A DNA stretch of 63,452 nt, filler included, from Octopus bimaculoides (taxonomy: Eukaryota): assembly GCF_001194135.2 (NCBI RefSeq). It is 9 parts of 8 records of this genome, joined end to end, with 100 filler letters (N's around TTAATTAATTAA, not from the genome) between each part and the next. Parts side by side here need not be neighbours in the genome. Positions count along the whole stretch, not along the records: positions 51,086 to 54,975 come from NC_068982.1; positions 55,076 to 57,103 come from NC_068986.1; positions 57,204 to 60,792 come from NC_068981.1; positions 60,893 to 63,452 come from NC_068995.1; 5 more parts are not named here. One strand, given 5' to 3'. Positions within the stretch are counted from its first letter, which is position 1. Each line of letters starts with the position of its first letter. Below are positions 51,710 through 63,452 of the stretch, one piece after another. The translations under genes were made by a program, and so were the position numbers. The notes below the pieces were generated by a model. It ran no database searches. It was not told the DNA's origin and worked only from the letters and a program-made list of their open reading frames with translations.

Positions 51710-52390
51710 CGTATCTATCTATCTACCTATCTGTCTATTTGCCGGTCTATTTTTCTGCCTATCTATATTTCGCACTCTTTTCTAGAATCATATACATGCA
51801 CATGTATGTATGTATGAATGTATGTATGTATGTATGTATGTATGCATGTACATGTTTGTCGCAGAGAGATGAAGATATGAACAAATACGTACATGCATTT
51901 ATATATGTATTCGTGTGTGTGTGTATGTGTGCATGAATGTATTTATGTATGGTTCATATACGTAGACCGATGGAAAAATTACTTCAAAAGAATCCGATAG
52001 ACAGTTGTCATAAAAATAAGAAAGCGCATAGAAATGACATATTATCTGTGCGGAATACAAGTTTAAAAGTTGAAGTTAAAGAAATACATGATGTCATACA
52101 AGGAATAAAAATCAAGCAAACATGCAAGGATTATATGTATAGAAAACATATAAATTATATAACATCGAAGAGCAAAATATAAAAAACTATGCACAAAAAC
52201 AACTCCTGCTGGCGCACACTCATAGAAGTGGTCTCGTTTATAAGATTATCAAAAGGAAAAAGACTAAGAGTTAACTTAGACAGCAAGTCGATATTTACCC
52301 AAGGAACTATGGTTACCTTGAAGTAAAATGTTGGTAAGAGTTTATAAGGTATGAATCTAATGATATGAATAGCGAGATAACATGAAAGTA

Positions 52391-52421
<31 letters not shown>

Positions 52422-52742
52422 TGTATGTATGTATGTATGTATGTATGTATGCATGCATGTATGTATGCATTTATATATATATATATATATATACATCCAC
52501 ACATATACATACATATATATTATATATGTGTGTCTGTGTGTGCGGGAGCGCATGTGTTTGTATGTGTGTGTATAAATAAAGGATTGTGAGTCGATAAGCA
52601 AAACGAAAAATAATCCAAGATAAACAAAGAAGCAAATTGTGAATAGAAAATAAAAATAAATATAAAATGGAAATAATGAAACAAAGCAAGTACTAAAAAA
52701 TATTCACATATGTGTATACATACGTGTAAATGTATGTTTACA

Positions 52743-52788
<46 letters not shown>

Positions 52789-53177
52789 GTATGAGTGTTT
52801 AGCGATGAAATTACCATGGTAGCTCTCAGATATGTTCCACGTTACGGCTAACCTCATCAAATAGTAACAAGCGTCAGTGATCGCTTAGTGTTATCAATCA
52901 CGCTGTAATTCTTCTGACAGGTAAAACCGGGTTCGCTTCCCTTGATTATGAATATTAATCAGGAATGTAAATTTCAAACAATCATCAAGAATAGGGAGAA
53001 TAGCACATGCACAAATTCTTCTTTTAAGTTTACAAAGACCGACACGTGTTTCTGCTGCAAAGACTATGTGCAGTTGCACATGCAGCCCAACATAATCTTC
53101 TGTGCACCTCCATTCAGGATCCTTTAGCAATCGTGGGTCGCAGTGAACTGAGTTAATTTCTGGTTAGTTTAAAACGT

Positions 53178-53455
53178 GAAGGCGCGTGGCTTAGTGGTTA
53201 GGGTAATTGGCTCACAATCGTAAGGTTGTAAGTCCGATTTCCAGCGGCGTGTTGTGTCCTTGAGCAAGACACTTTGTTCTACGATGCTCCAGTCCACTCA
53301 GATAGCAAAAATGAGTTGTATTCAAAGGGCCAGCCTTTTCACATTCCCTGTCATGCTGAATCTCCTTGAGAACTTCCACGTTAATTTTACGAGCAAGCTG
53401 TTCTGTTGCTCGGATCAGCTGGAACCCTCGTCATCGTAACCGATGAAGTGCCAGT
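53178..53455 (+). mobile_element. tRNA-derived SINE with CTTGAGCAAG core
   Basis: aggcgcgtggcttagtggttaggg..tgtgtccttgagcaagacact..ccagtccactcag. Confidence 0.85.
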
Positions 53456-53889
53456 GTAAGATACCTAGTCAAATGATGGGGATGGTTGTGTATTGGGGTG
53501 GATATCTTAAAATCCGATATGACTATAAAGTTTAGTTTTAGGCTTAACTCAACAGAGCGGGAATTGAGTGTTTAATGTAAGTTAAGTTAGGTAAGAGCCT
53601 AGCTGAGAGTTCTAATAGGCTTTTTCCAAGGTTAAAGGATATTTAATAGAGTTAATGCTTAATATAGTTACATTGATGGAGTTCCATAAATATATTTTAT
53701 GATTGTTCACTTTTTAGTTGATTTTTAGGTTATTCGTAAGTTTCCATGCGAAAAAGGGGAAATATTCTAAGCTAGTGATATTCATGATATTTAGTTGAAC
53801 GTTAAGCCAAATAGGGTCATTTCCGCTTTGTATATAGGGTATCAACTCAACCGATATCTACATGAAAATGCTTAAAGTTTTTGAATATC

Positions 53890-54715
53890 ATAACATCTCA
53901 AGGCCCGTTCTATTCAACTGGTAAGTAATTGGTGTTTCGATGTAAAAAATCTGTTATATTCTTTCTATACAGAACTCCCATCTCTTTTTTCCGTATTCTA
54001 TATGGCATACCTATACTGGTTTTATCCCATTCTATACTAAAGTTAGCGCTTCTGTTTTTAGGCGACCAGATGAACTTGCTCGAGCTAGTGTTGTTCATCT
54101 TATATTCTTAAATGAATTTATGTGATTTGCCAGTCTCAATTTAAAGTTGGTCGAGACCACTCCCTATATAAAAGTAGGAATTTGTATCCGATGTAATTTT
54201 ACATCGATATACTAAGTTCTTCCTCAAACATTGAGCAACTAAAGGACAGATTTTAGTTTTCCACAATTACGGAGACTTCCATCCTTGTTATCAGTACCTA
54301 TGTTAGTGGTACTCGTATTAGATATCTTCCCTGCTTGTATATCTATTGGTCTACTATCATTTATATTCTGGCTACTGTCTTGGTTTCCATGCTGTTATTT
54401 CTAGCGATTCCTCGGCTTGGACCTGTCGGGATTGAGGTCGTAGCGGTTGCGTTTCCTGCGCTACATCTCAGTTCTCTGACGCCATCTTTCTTCCGATTGT
54501 ATTTAATCGTAGTGTTTGTGATCGAGCTCCGCTGGCTACTAAATTTTCCGGACCTATATTTTTGGTTTCTACCATTACAGTTCCTGTTATTAAAGTCACT
54601 TCCTTAGTATTAACATCACCGATTCTCCGGAAATCAGACAGTCTCTTGGCGTCGTGTGCTGCTATTATTCGTGCTAAGTTGTTGCTAGCGGAGAATGAGA
54701 GCCTATATTGTGCCT
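53890..54715 (-). mobile_element. Penelope-like element GIY-YIG endonuclease region (fossil)
   Basis: FSASNNLARIIAAH..., CPLVAQCLRKNLVYRCKI..YFYIG (54162-54170)..FKLRLANHINSF..SKFIWS..FSIEW; frameshifted. Confidence 0.8.
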
Positions 54716-54941
54716 GTTAAATATATAAAATATATTTATTCGAATTAAGAAAGTATCTACCTATTGCGTCGAAATACAAACACATACACTCACATGCACA
54801 CATACACACATATATATGTGTATGTGCCTGATTTACAGTTAATTTAGAGGACTTTTATTGCTAGAATTATCCTCAATAATTTTAGATATATACACTCATG
54901 TAAGAACACACAGTCACACAGACATACAGACATCTACACGC

Positions 54942-54975
<34 letters not shown>

Positions 54976-55240
54976 NNNNNNNNNNNNNNNNNNNNNNNNN
55001 NNNNNNNNNNNNNNNNNNNTTAATTAATTAANNNNNNNNNNNNNNNNNNNNNNNNNNNNNNNNNNNNNNNNNNNNCTGGATCCTATAAAGGAGCTGTTGT
55101 GGTGCACCAGCATGACCGCAGCCACTTGGCTGAAACACATAAATAAATAAATGAATATATATATATGTATATACAACATATATATACATATATATATATT
55201 TATATTTATATATATTTATATACTTTATATATACGTATAC

Positions 55241-55281
<41 letters not shown>

Positions 55282-56013
55282 TTATATACAACCTATATAT
55301 ATGTATACACGACATATATATATATATATGCGCACATTTATGTATGTATGTATGTATGTGTGTGTGTATGTATGTATGTGTGTGTGTATGTATGTATGTA
55401 TGTATGTTTGTATGTATGTATGTATGCGTATGTGTACGTGTATGTTTGGATATCTTTTGAGCGATAGAGAAACAGACGGTGAGCAATATGGGGCAGTAAT
55501 CTAGAAAGCTATTTGTAATAGTGCATAATTTGCAATATTGCGATGAAATGTGTTAATGGTGAATAAATTGTGGGAGATATAAGGTAAATCTGCAACACGT
55601 TTCGTAAGCAATCACTTCTGGCGAGTGGTAGCTCTGTGAAAAATCATCTGAATCCTTTTGTTAATCACGTTATGCATGACTAATTCTAGAATTACTCATT
55701 TTTGCTATGGTTACTAATGAATGAAAATCGAATCTAGCATTCCATAATTATGCAAATACCTGCCAATATTGTTAAGTAGACTTCATAATTATCCGTTCTT
55801 GAACATGTAGTTTAGCTATGAATATCTCGCCACTTATTTCTCCATTGTTGAGATAATCTGAGAAATCACGTACCTCTAGTATACATACAGAAATATAGAA
55901 AACACCTTACATTTTCTTAATCGTTGTCTTACCTACGTTTAATAAGTCATTCAAGTGTAAGAAATTATGTCTACGACAGCGGAATAGGTTTTCTTCAATT
56001 CGATGCAATACAT

Positions 56014-56129
<116 letters not shown>

Positions 56130-56542
56130 ACATACATGCATACACACAGATATTTATATATCGATAGACAGACGCAGAGATAATGATGCAAATAAACAAA
56201 TCAAATTTATTGTATTATATATACAAATTATATATACACGTATATATTATATATACACGTAAACAGAGAGAAAGCAAAGATTGGACATTTTCAGATGATG
56301 GATATTCAAGTATAAATTTATGGAAAGACACATAAACTTAAATGGAAGGTCTGGTGTTACTAGTTCGGAAGCTGTTTCTGGGATCCCGGAGTTACGTCAT
56401 AATGTTAGCAGATAGAGTTCTCAAAGATTTGCAAGTAATAGAAGCAAATACACATTAAGTAGGTCCAGCTCCCTCTAAAATCTTTTGGACGCTACAAGAT
56501 GTTTCCAATATTGAACATCTCTAGATCTCATTTGTTGACCCA

Positions 56543-56633
<91 letters not shown>

Positions 56634-56875
56634 TCAATGTCTATTAATAAGGCTCAAGGTCAGACTTTAAAATCTACTTAATTGGGCCTTGCTTAATTCA
56701 TGGTCATCTTCATGTTGGTTCTTCCGGGGTTGGTAGGTTGCATGACGTATTTGTCTATGCTCCAAACTAGAAAACAAAGAATGTTGTTTACCCAGAAGGT
56801 CTTACGTAATTTCTTTCAACATATGTGATAGAATTTATCTCCCTTCATAAAAGTGGTAAATTTTGTATATTCGTC

Positions 56876-56923
<48 letters not shown>

Positions 56924-57039
56924 ATTTTTTTTATCTTGTATTATGAATTCAGAATTGATTTCCCAATTGAAGAATAAATTTGATTTACAATAACAAATTT
57001 CTATACAACATATTTTTCTTTTTTCTTCCAATATATAGG

Positions 57040-57081
57040 GAACTATCTCATTTTCGGGCAACGCCGGGTGCCTCTACTAGT
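57040..57081 (+). mobile_element. Helitron-like 3' terminus
   Basis: cgggcaacgccggg short hairpin followed by CTAG then T (57077-57081). Confidence 0.45.
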
Positions 57082-58240
57082 GTATATATATATATATATA
57101 CACNNNNNNNNNNNNNNNNNNNNNNNNNNNNNNNNNNNNNNNNNNNNTTAATTAATTAANNNNNNNNNNNNNNNNNNNNNNNNNNNNNNNNNNNNNNNNN
57201 NNNAGTTTTTCATTTTGTCCACGTTTTTTTTTGTGATGTCCTGTACCCAGATATGCATCTATATATACATGTAAATGTAGGTATGTACATACATGTACGT
57301 ATATATGCATATACTCACATATTATTTGTATTATATATATATATATAATAAAGTAAAGTTGCGGAATACCGTACAAGTGGAAATATATATGAAAGAAGGT
57401 TTGAAAATGCACTTATTTTTTTTAAATATTTATTTACTTAACCGGCTTCACTTTTTTTTAGAAAAAGATTATCAAAAGTCTTTCAGAATAATAAAAAATG
57501 TTAAAAAACAGTTTGAGTATTAAAATGCATATATATACATTCTTTGATGATAAAATATATTTAAAGTATAAAGCTTTGTATGAACTTTGTATTGTTACAT
57601 ACTGATTATCACACATTCTCCGATATTAAAATGAAAATGTTAAAAACAGTGTATGAAAATACACATATGGAAAAATACATATACATATTCTTATACATAT
57701 TCTTTGACAATCGAATAAATATATATATTTATATATATATGTATGTATGTATGTATGTGTGTATATGTTTGTGTATATCCCTTATGGATATGAAAATTGA
57801 GTTTCCGATTTTGACATATGAGGTATCAAAAGATTCAGTAATCTTTTGGCTACCAAATAAAGTATGCTTTTTGCACAACAACTCTTGTTTTCTACAAAAA
57901 TAACCTCCAAAATGAGGTCGGGTCACACAATTTTGAGGTCTTTAGCTAAGGGAGGCAACTCTGCCAGAACAATCTTTATGTATTAGATATTATGAGGGAA
58001 TGAAACTTCGAAGATATACTGTCAACTTTATTAGTATTATTTAGTAGATAATCTTTTAATGTGGAATATGTTTGTCTGTGCTTTGTTTAGGCCTGAGTTG
58101 CCTTTGATGTAGCAAACACATCCCATAGTTTTTTTTCTTCCTGAAATACTGTAAACCTGTGTCTTTCTTTTGATGAAAGGGTGTGTTTTAAGAGAGATCC
58201 GACTACTATTTGTAGTAGCTCGAGTTACCAGAGAGACACC

Positions 58241-58274
<34 letters not shown>

Positions 58275-58369
58275 GGCAGACAGCATCGTAACATCAGTCG
58301 TGCACACTGGCGGCTGCTGGCTTATTCTAAATCCTTCCTTCCTTACTCACTTACAAGAACATGGCTTTG

Positions 58370-58600
58370 CTGAACGATGACGATTGTCCGGCGGGAAGGG
58401 AAGGCGCATAACAGCATGGTGGAGTCTCCAAACCTCCCTCTTTGCAGCTTCGTCTAATGCAAGTGAACCATCATCCATGCGGACACATTTCTCTCCTATG
58501 ACATCACGATTCTCTCTCACACACTGTCTTGCAACATGAAACACCTCAAGTCTTTGGTCCTTGTGTCGCTGAGTATTGACAAACTTCTCTTCTGCTACTC
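58370..58600 (-). mobile_element. RTE LINE linker-region fragment
   Basis: FHVARQCVRENRDVIGEKCVRMDDGSLALDEAAKREVWR. Confidence 0.65.
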
Positions 58601-59126
58601 TCTTGGCTATATATTACCTGTCTCTTAGCTTCCCTTTTGACTGTTTGATACATTCTCCTGCTACCCAACTCTTCCAGTCATGTTTCTTTGCTCAAAATGG
58701 CCTTGTCTACAGTATTGTGACCCCGAATATGCTAACCGATTACCATTTGGTAATTATGATACTTCTTCCACCGAGAGAGTATATATAGATTCTGTTATTT
58801 CATAGTGAAGTTGGAAAGTGTGGGTCAGTTTGTTCATTTGGAATATTTATTGTTGGCTCTTGAGAGATAGTTACATTCTTATTGCTGCTGCATTATCTTA
58901 TTTTAGCGCACTGGTACCGTGTATTGTAGGCCATTATCCCAATAGTGGTGATATTACTATATTGGATACAAACCATGTTACAGTATTTGGCGACAAAAGA
59001 TTCGAAGCTTACAATAGGTTGTAATTCACCTGCAAACCAAGCATTAAATTCGTTCTCATCTCATTGTCATCCTTATGAAATTCCCTTGCCCATGTATTTT
59101 CTTCTGCAGCCATCCATATATTAGTC

Positions 59127-59460
59127 GCCATCAAAATACTTGAATATTGCCAGCACTTGTTATTGGAGCTGGCAGAAGTATTAATGCACCTCCAACAAAT
59201 GCTTTTCATCCTTTTGAATTAAGCACCAGTTATGCACTGGGATTAATATAATTGACTTACTCCTTCCCTCAAAACCCAGGCCTTGTGCCTATAATAGAAA
59301 GGTTTATTAGCTCCCGCCAATATGCTTGAATTACACTATTCTACTTGTTTCAGTTGATTGGATAATAGCTAATAAGGGGAAAAAGCCATCAAAATACTTG
59401 AATATTGCCTGCACTTGTTATTGGAGCTGGCAGAATTATTAATGCACCTCCACCAAGTGC
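59127..59460 (+). repeat. 76-bp direct repeat at 258-bp spacing (local tandem duplication)
   Basis: gccatcaaaatacttgaatattgcc..aatgcacctcca at 59127-59202 and 59385-59460. Confidence 0.9.
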
Positions 59461-61049
59461 NNNNNNNNNNNNNNNNNNNNNNNNNNNNNNNNNNNNNNNN
59501 NNNNNNNNNNNNNNNNNNNNNNNNNNNNNNNNNNNNNNNNNNNNNNNNNNNNNNNNNNNNNNNNNNNNNNNNNNNNNNNNNNNNNNNNNNNNNNNNNNNN
59601 NNNNNNNNNNNNNNNNNNNNNNNNNNNNNTTATATAAACAATATATGCGTATAGATTACCCTTTTTCTGTAATTTTGTCTGCTTCAAAAGAAAACAAACC
59701 AAAAAACTGGATGAAATATGTCAGGGAATAACATTTTTCTCACCGGCAAAAATTTTTGTTTACAAAAGCAGCAGTAACTGTATTCAGCTGAATAGACGTC
59801 AGTGATTGGTTGAAATTACAGAAATACAACAACTTTAACATGAAATAACTTGCGATGTACAATTTTTTGTTAAGAAGGCTAAGAGAAAAAGTTGTTTTAT
59901 ATGACACATTCTACCAGTATCCCAAGTTTGAAAGTGTTTCGTTAAGAAAACAAGTGTTGCCCGTCAAATCAGAAAGATCCCTATACTAATTCTTCTTTAC
60001 ATTATAAACATAAAGCTTACCTTTTATATGTCTTTAAAATAGTATTATTATATATATTAGCTTAAATTCTAAAATCATTTTTTTAAATAATTCAAAATAG
60101 TTTCCTGAGCCCAATATATATAATATTCTTAAACTTTACACCTTATCTATAGCCTTTGAATTCAAAATTGACACTACTTCAGGGTTTTGTGTATAAACTA
60201 ATTACATTTTTATTATCAACAATTTTATTATTAACATACTTCTTATTATTAACATAATAATTAAGCTAATATAAATTTCTAATATAAATCTATAAATTTC
60301 CCATACTTAGTATATGTAAAACAATACTGATGCTTTATTCAGACTAAAGAAAAAGCCCTGTTGACCTAAATGCTTAAAGTTTAATTCCTCAACATTATGA
60401 TAGCAGTTAAAAAACACCCAACCTAAAATAGTGTTGCCACTCTGACCAGAGAAACCTTTATAACCATATCCATGTATAATGCTTACACCTTCCCTTTCCT
60501 TAGAAGTGATTGCCCCTTATACTATAACCACTAGATAAGAGACAAGAAAATCATAGACAGTTAGAATTCTACCTAGAACTAATTACTAGCCTGCTAGCCT
60601 TGGGTATGTCAAGATGGATTTTTATGTATTCTTCTTCCCACTTGGATTTTAAATGTTGCCACAATTATAAAATGTCTATTCTACTGTAATTTTCTACATT
60701 TTTGTGCAGCTGAAGATTACTCAACATATTGCATTTAATGTAATGCTCGCATTACTTAAATAAATGGAGTAGTATGAAACTGTGTACTGCAGNNNNNNNN
60801 NNNNNNNNNNNNNNNNNNNNNNNNNNNNNNNNNNNNTTAATTAATTAANNNNNNNNNNNNNNNNNNNNNNNNNNNNNNNNNNNNNNNNNNNNTATATATA
60901 TATATATAAAATATATATATATGTAAATATATATATATATATATTGATTTGATTTGATCTAGTTACAGCTCATGAGCTGTGACCCTGCTGGGCCACGCCA
61001 TTTGGTGTTGCTACATAATTTTACTTCACTAATTCTTTTTAGAAATTGA

Positions 61050-62030
61050 CATTTGGTTCATGAGGGAGTTTGATGCCTCCGCCTCATCTGCACCTTCTGC
61101 TGTGAAGTTGGTTCATCTGGGACACTTGACAGTAATAGGTCCAGTTTCATTTTGAAGGCACCTACATCCACCCCATGTAGGTCACTCAGGTCCTTCGGGA
61201 GGATATTGATGAGCTGTGGTCCCCTGAAACCCAGGCTGTTGCAATATCTTGTCCTATATATTGATGGCAAATTTGGAGTCGTTGCCGCTATGCAGTGGCG
61301 CCCTGTTCTAGCATTTTTGTAACTCTCGATGCCGAAGTTTGGGATAAGTCCCTCTAGGATCTTCCAGATGTATATTATGGCATATCTTCTCGCCTACGCT
61401 CTAACGAATAGAGTCTTAATCTCTTGAGTCTTTCCCATGATGCATAGAGGCTATCTTCTTCGTGTAGCTTCGTTAGAGTGCCTCAAATTCTGCAATTAAT
61501 TTGATACTAGTTGGTGACCACCGCTGAGAGCAATAGTCAAAGTGGCTTAGGACAAATGTCCTCCAGAGGACCATCATGGTTTCCCGATCTCTTGTTGTAA
61601 AGGTTCTAAGAATCCATCCAGTTAGCCGCCTGCATTTCATTAGCAACTTAGTAACATGCACATGAAAGGATGCATTTTTACTCATGTAACTACCCAGGTC
61701 TCGCACTGACTGTGTCTCGTGGATTGCAATCCCTCCAGATCCAGTGTATTTAATTGGTATTGCAGTTAGTTTTGCATGCTGATAGCACAAGGCTTGAGAC
61801 TTTTCAGCATTAAACTGCATGCTATTCTTTTCAGACCACTTGTATATTTCATCCAGCTCAGATTGCAAGTGCATAGTGTCTTCAGGTTCTATATCACCTA
61901 TAAGACTTTTGTATCATCTACATATTTTGTGATCGTAGCTCTCTGTGTAGCCGAGAGCATATCTGAGAGGGCCATTATGAACAGTAATGGTCCCAAAACA
62001 GTGCCTTGCGGAACATCGCTCACTATTTGC
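61050..62030 (-). mobile_element. CR1/L2-group LINE RT C-terminal fossil
   Basis: DVPQGTVLGPLLFIM..KYVDDTKV; LQSELDEIYKWSEKNSMQFNAEK; VRDLG; FDYCSQRWSP; SLGFRGPQLINILP. Confidence 0.88.
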
Positions 62031-62379
62031 ATGTCATTGGCAATTGCGTATCAGTGGCAATACTATCCAACATTGGAAGAAAAAACAGATGGCATGTTAG
62101 ATGGGATGCAGTCTATTTGCATTGAATTAATAAATAACAATTGATGTAAATCAATTCTTGTTCATCAGTACTTCTGCATTTTCTGTTTTCTTTAAATCTT
62201 GACTCTTGATAAACCCATCTTTATCCTTGTCTTTATCTATAACTTATGAACATAATATGATTGCATATGTATGCCCATGGTTTAATATAGGTAATATACC
62301 GGTAGTGTAATGGATACTTCTATCCCTTAGACGGTTATTTTAACCTCTAACTCAACTAAACTTATATATATATATATAT

Positions 62380-62715
62380 ATATTCTTTTGTTATTTTACC
62401 TGCTTCAGTCATTTGACAGCAGCCATGCTGGAGCACCCCAGGACGTATTCTTTGTAACCCTAGTAATTATTCTCTCGGCCTCTTGTTCCGAATCGCGAAG
62501 TTACGGCGATATAAACACACCAACATCTGTTGTCAAGCGATGGTGAGGGAACAAACGCAGACACACAAACATATACATACACATACGACGGATTACTTTC
62601 AATTTTTGTTCACCAAATCCACTCACGGTGCTTTGGTCAGCCAGAGGCTATAGCAGACAGTGCAACGCAATGGAATTGAACCCAGACGCCTGAGGTTGGG
62701 AAGGAAGCTTATTAC
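62380..62715 (-). mobile_element. Complete tRNA-derived SINE (head, internal microsatellite, 3' half)
   Basis: Head at 62590-62715, CA/TA spacer at about 62560-62588, 3' half at 62380-62560. Confidence 0.8.
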
Positions 62716-62735
62716 ATTTATATTTATATATCTTT

Positions 62736-62851
<116 letters not shown>

Positions 62852-63294
62852 TTCATTTTGCATTTCGTTTGCAAGATTCTTTACGTGAATTTGTGTGTTG
62901 AAGAATATTTCATTTTGCTGGGGAGAATCATTCTCTTTTAGTGCCTTATTATTTAGCACACTTACCGGTTCAATTTCCACTGATTTACTAATATATTTTT
63001 CTGTAAAATTTTCGTTGTGCCTTGCAGCGTTTTAATAGTCGTTCACTCTGTCCGTTATTAGAGCTGCATTTTTTTGTTTGTTTGTTTGTGCGCTTGTGCA
63101 TATGTATACACATATGTATGTATGTGCGTGTATGTGCGTGTATGCATGTATGTGTATGCATTTATATATGCATGCATGTGTGTACGTAATGATGATGAGA
63201 GGCTTGACTGATGAATCGAAAGCGACAAATGTCGCTTTCTGTGTTTCCACTGTCCGCATGCTTTCACTGTCATCCGTTGCATTCTTGTTCTGCT

Positions 63295-63416
63295 TTTTTG
63301 GGGATAATCTTTGTAAGCCTAGTACTTATTCTATCGGGGATGTAAATGCACCATCAGTTGTCAAGTGATGAAAAGGGGGACAAACAGACAGACAGACAGA
63401 CACACAGACACGCGCA

Positions 63417-63452
<36 letters not shown>
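63295..63452 (-). mobile_element. SINE 3' half fragment followed by (CA)n
   Basis: ctttgtaagcctagtacttattctatcgg..gttgtcaagtgatg..gggggacaaaca. Confidence 0.75.

Noticed and set aside
55569-55589. GRYK|gtaaat, resembling the GC exon that ends in GYYK
   Set aside because: There is an in-frame TGA six codons upstream with no acceptor, and it lies on the wrong side of the 34.8-kb exon.
59107-59222. Acceptor followed by LVAIKILEYCQ, resembling kinase motifs
   Set aside because: It overlaps a SINE head, hits a stop with no donor, and the motif spacing is wrong for a kinase-homology domain.
60000-60650. AT-rich stretch resembling mitochondrial DNA (NUMT)
   Set aside because: No recognisable mitochondrial gene or tRNA; composition alone is insufficient.

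Overview
Eukaryotic, AT-rich genomic DNA, dense in microsatellites and transposable elements (TEs), with many assembly gaps. It is very likely an octopus (coleoid cephalopod) scaffold; this is inferred from the [12 protein letters not shown]-type zinc fingers and the SINE families. Host coding sequence is sparse. There is the 3' end of a tandem C2H2 zinc-finger gene (600-1010, +) and one 78-nt exon (34843-34920, +) encoding the start of the kinase-homology domain of a receptor guanylyl cyclase, whose neighbouring exons I could not find. The rest is a TE graveyard: maT/DD37D, mariner, hAT, MULE and piggyBac fossils, a Helitron-like end, RTE, R4/Dong, CR1 and Penelope retroelements, and many tRNA-derived SINEs. 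A diverged 28S rRNA fragment lies at about 48.8-49.1 kb (-). The most interesting signal is a set of Penelope-type minimal hammerhead ribozyme motifs. Two of these sit in fold-back elements that carry one motif on each strand (15769-16011 and 10006-10204). All are degenerate, so activity is untested. All alignments and translations were done by eye and most TE boundaries are approximate (tens of bp).
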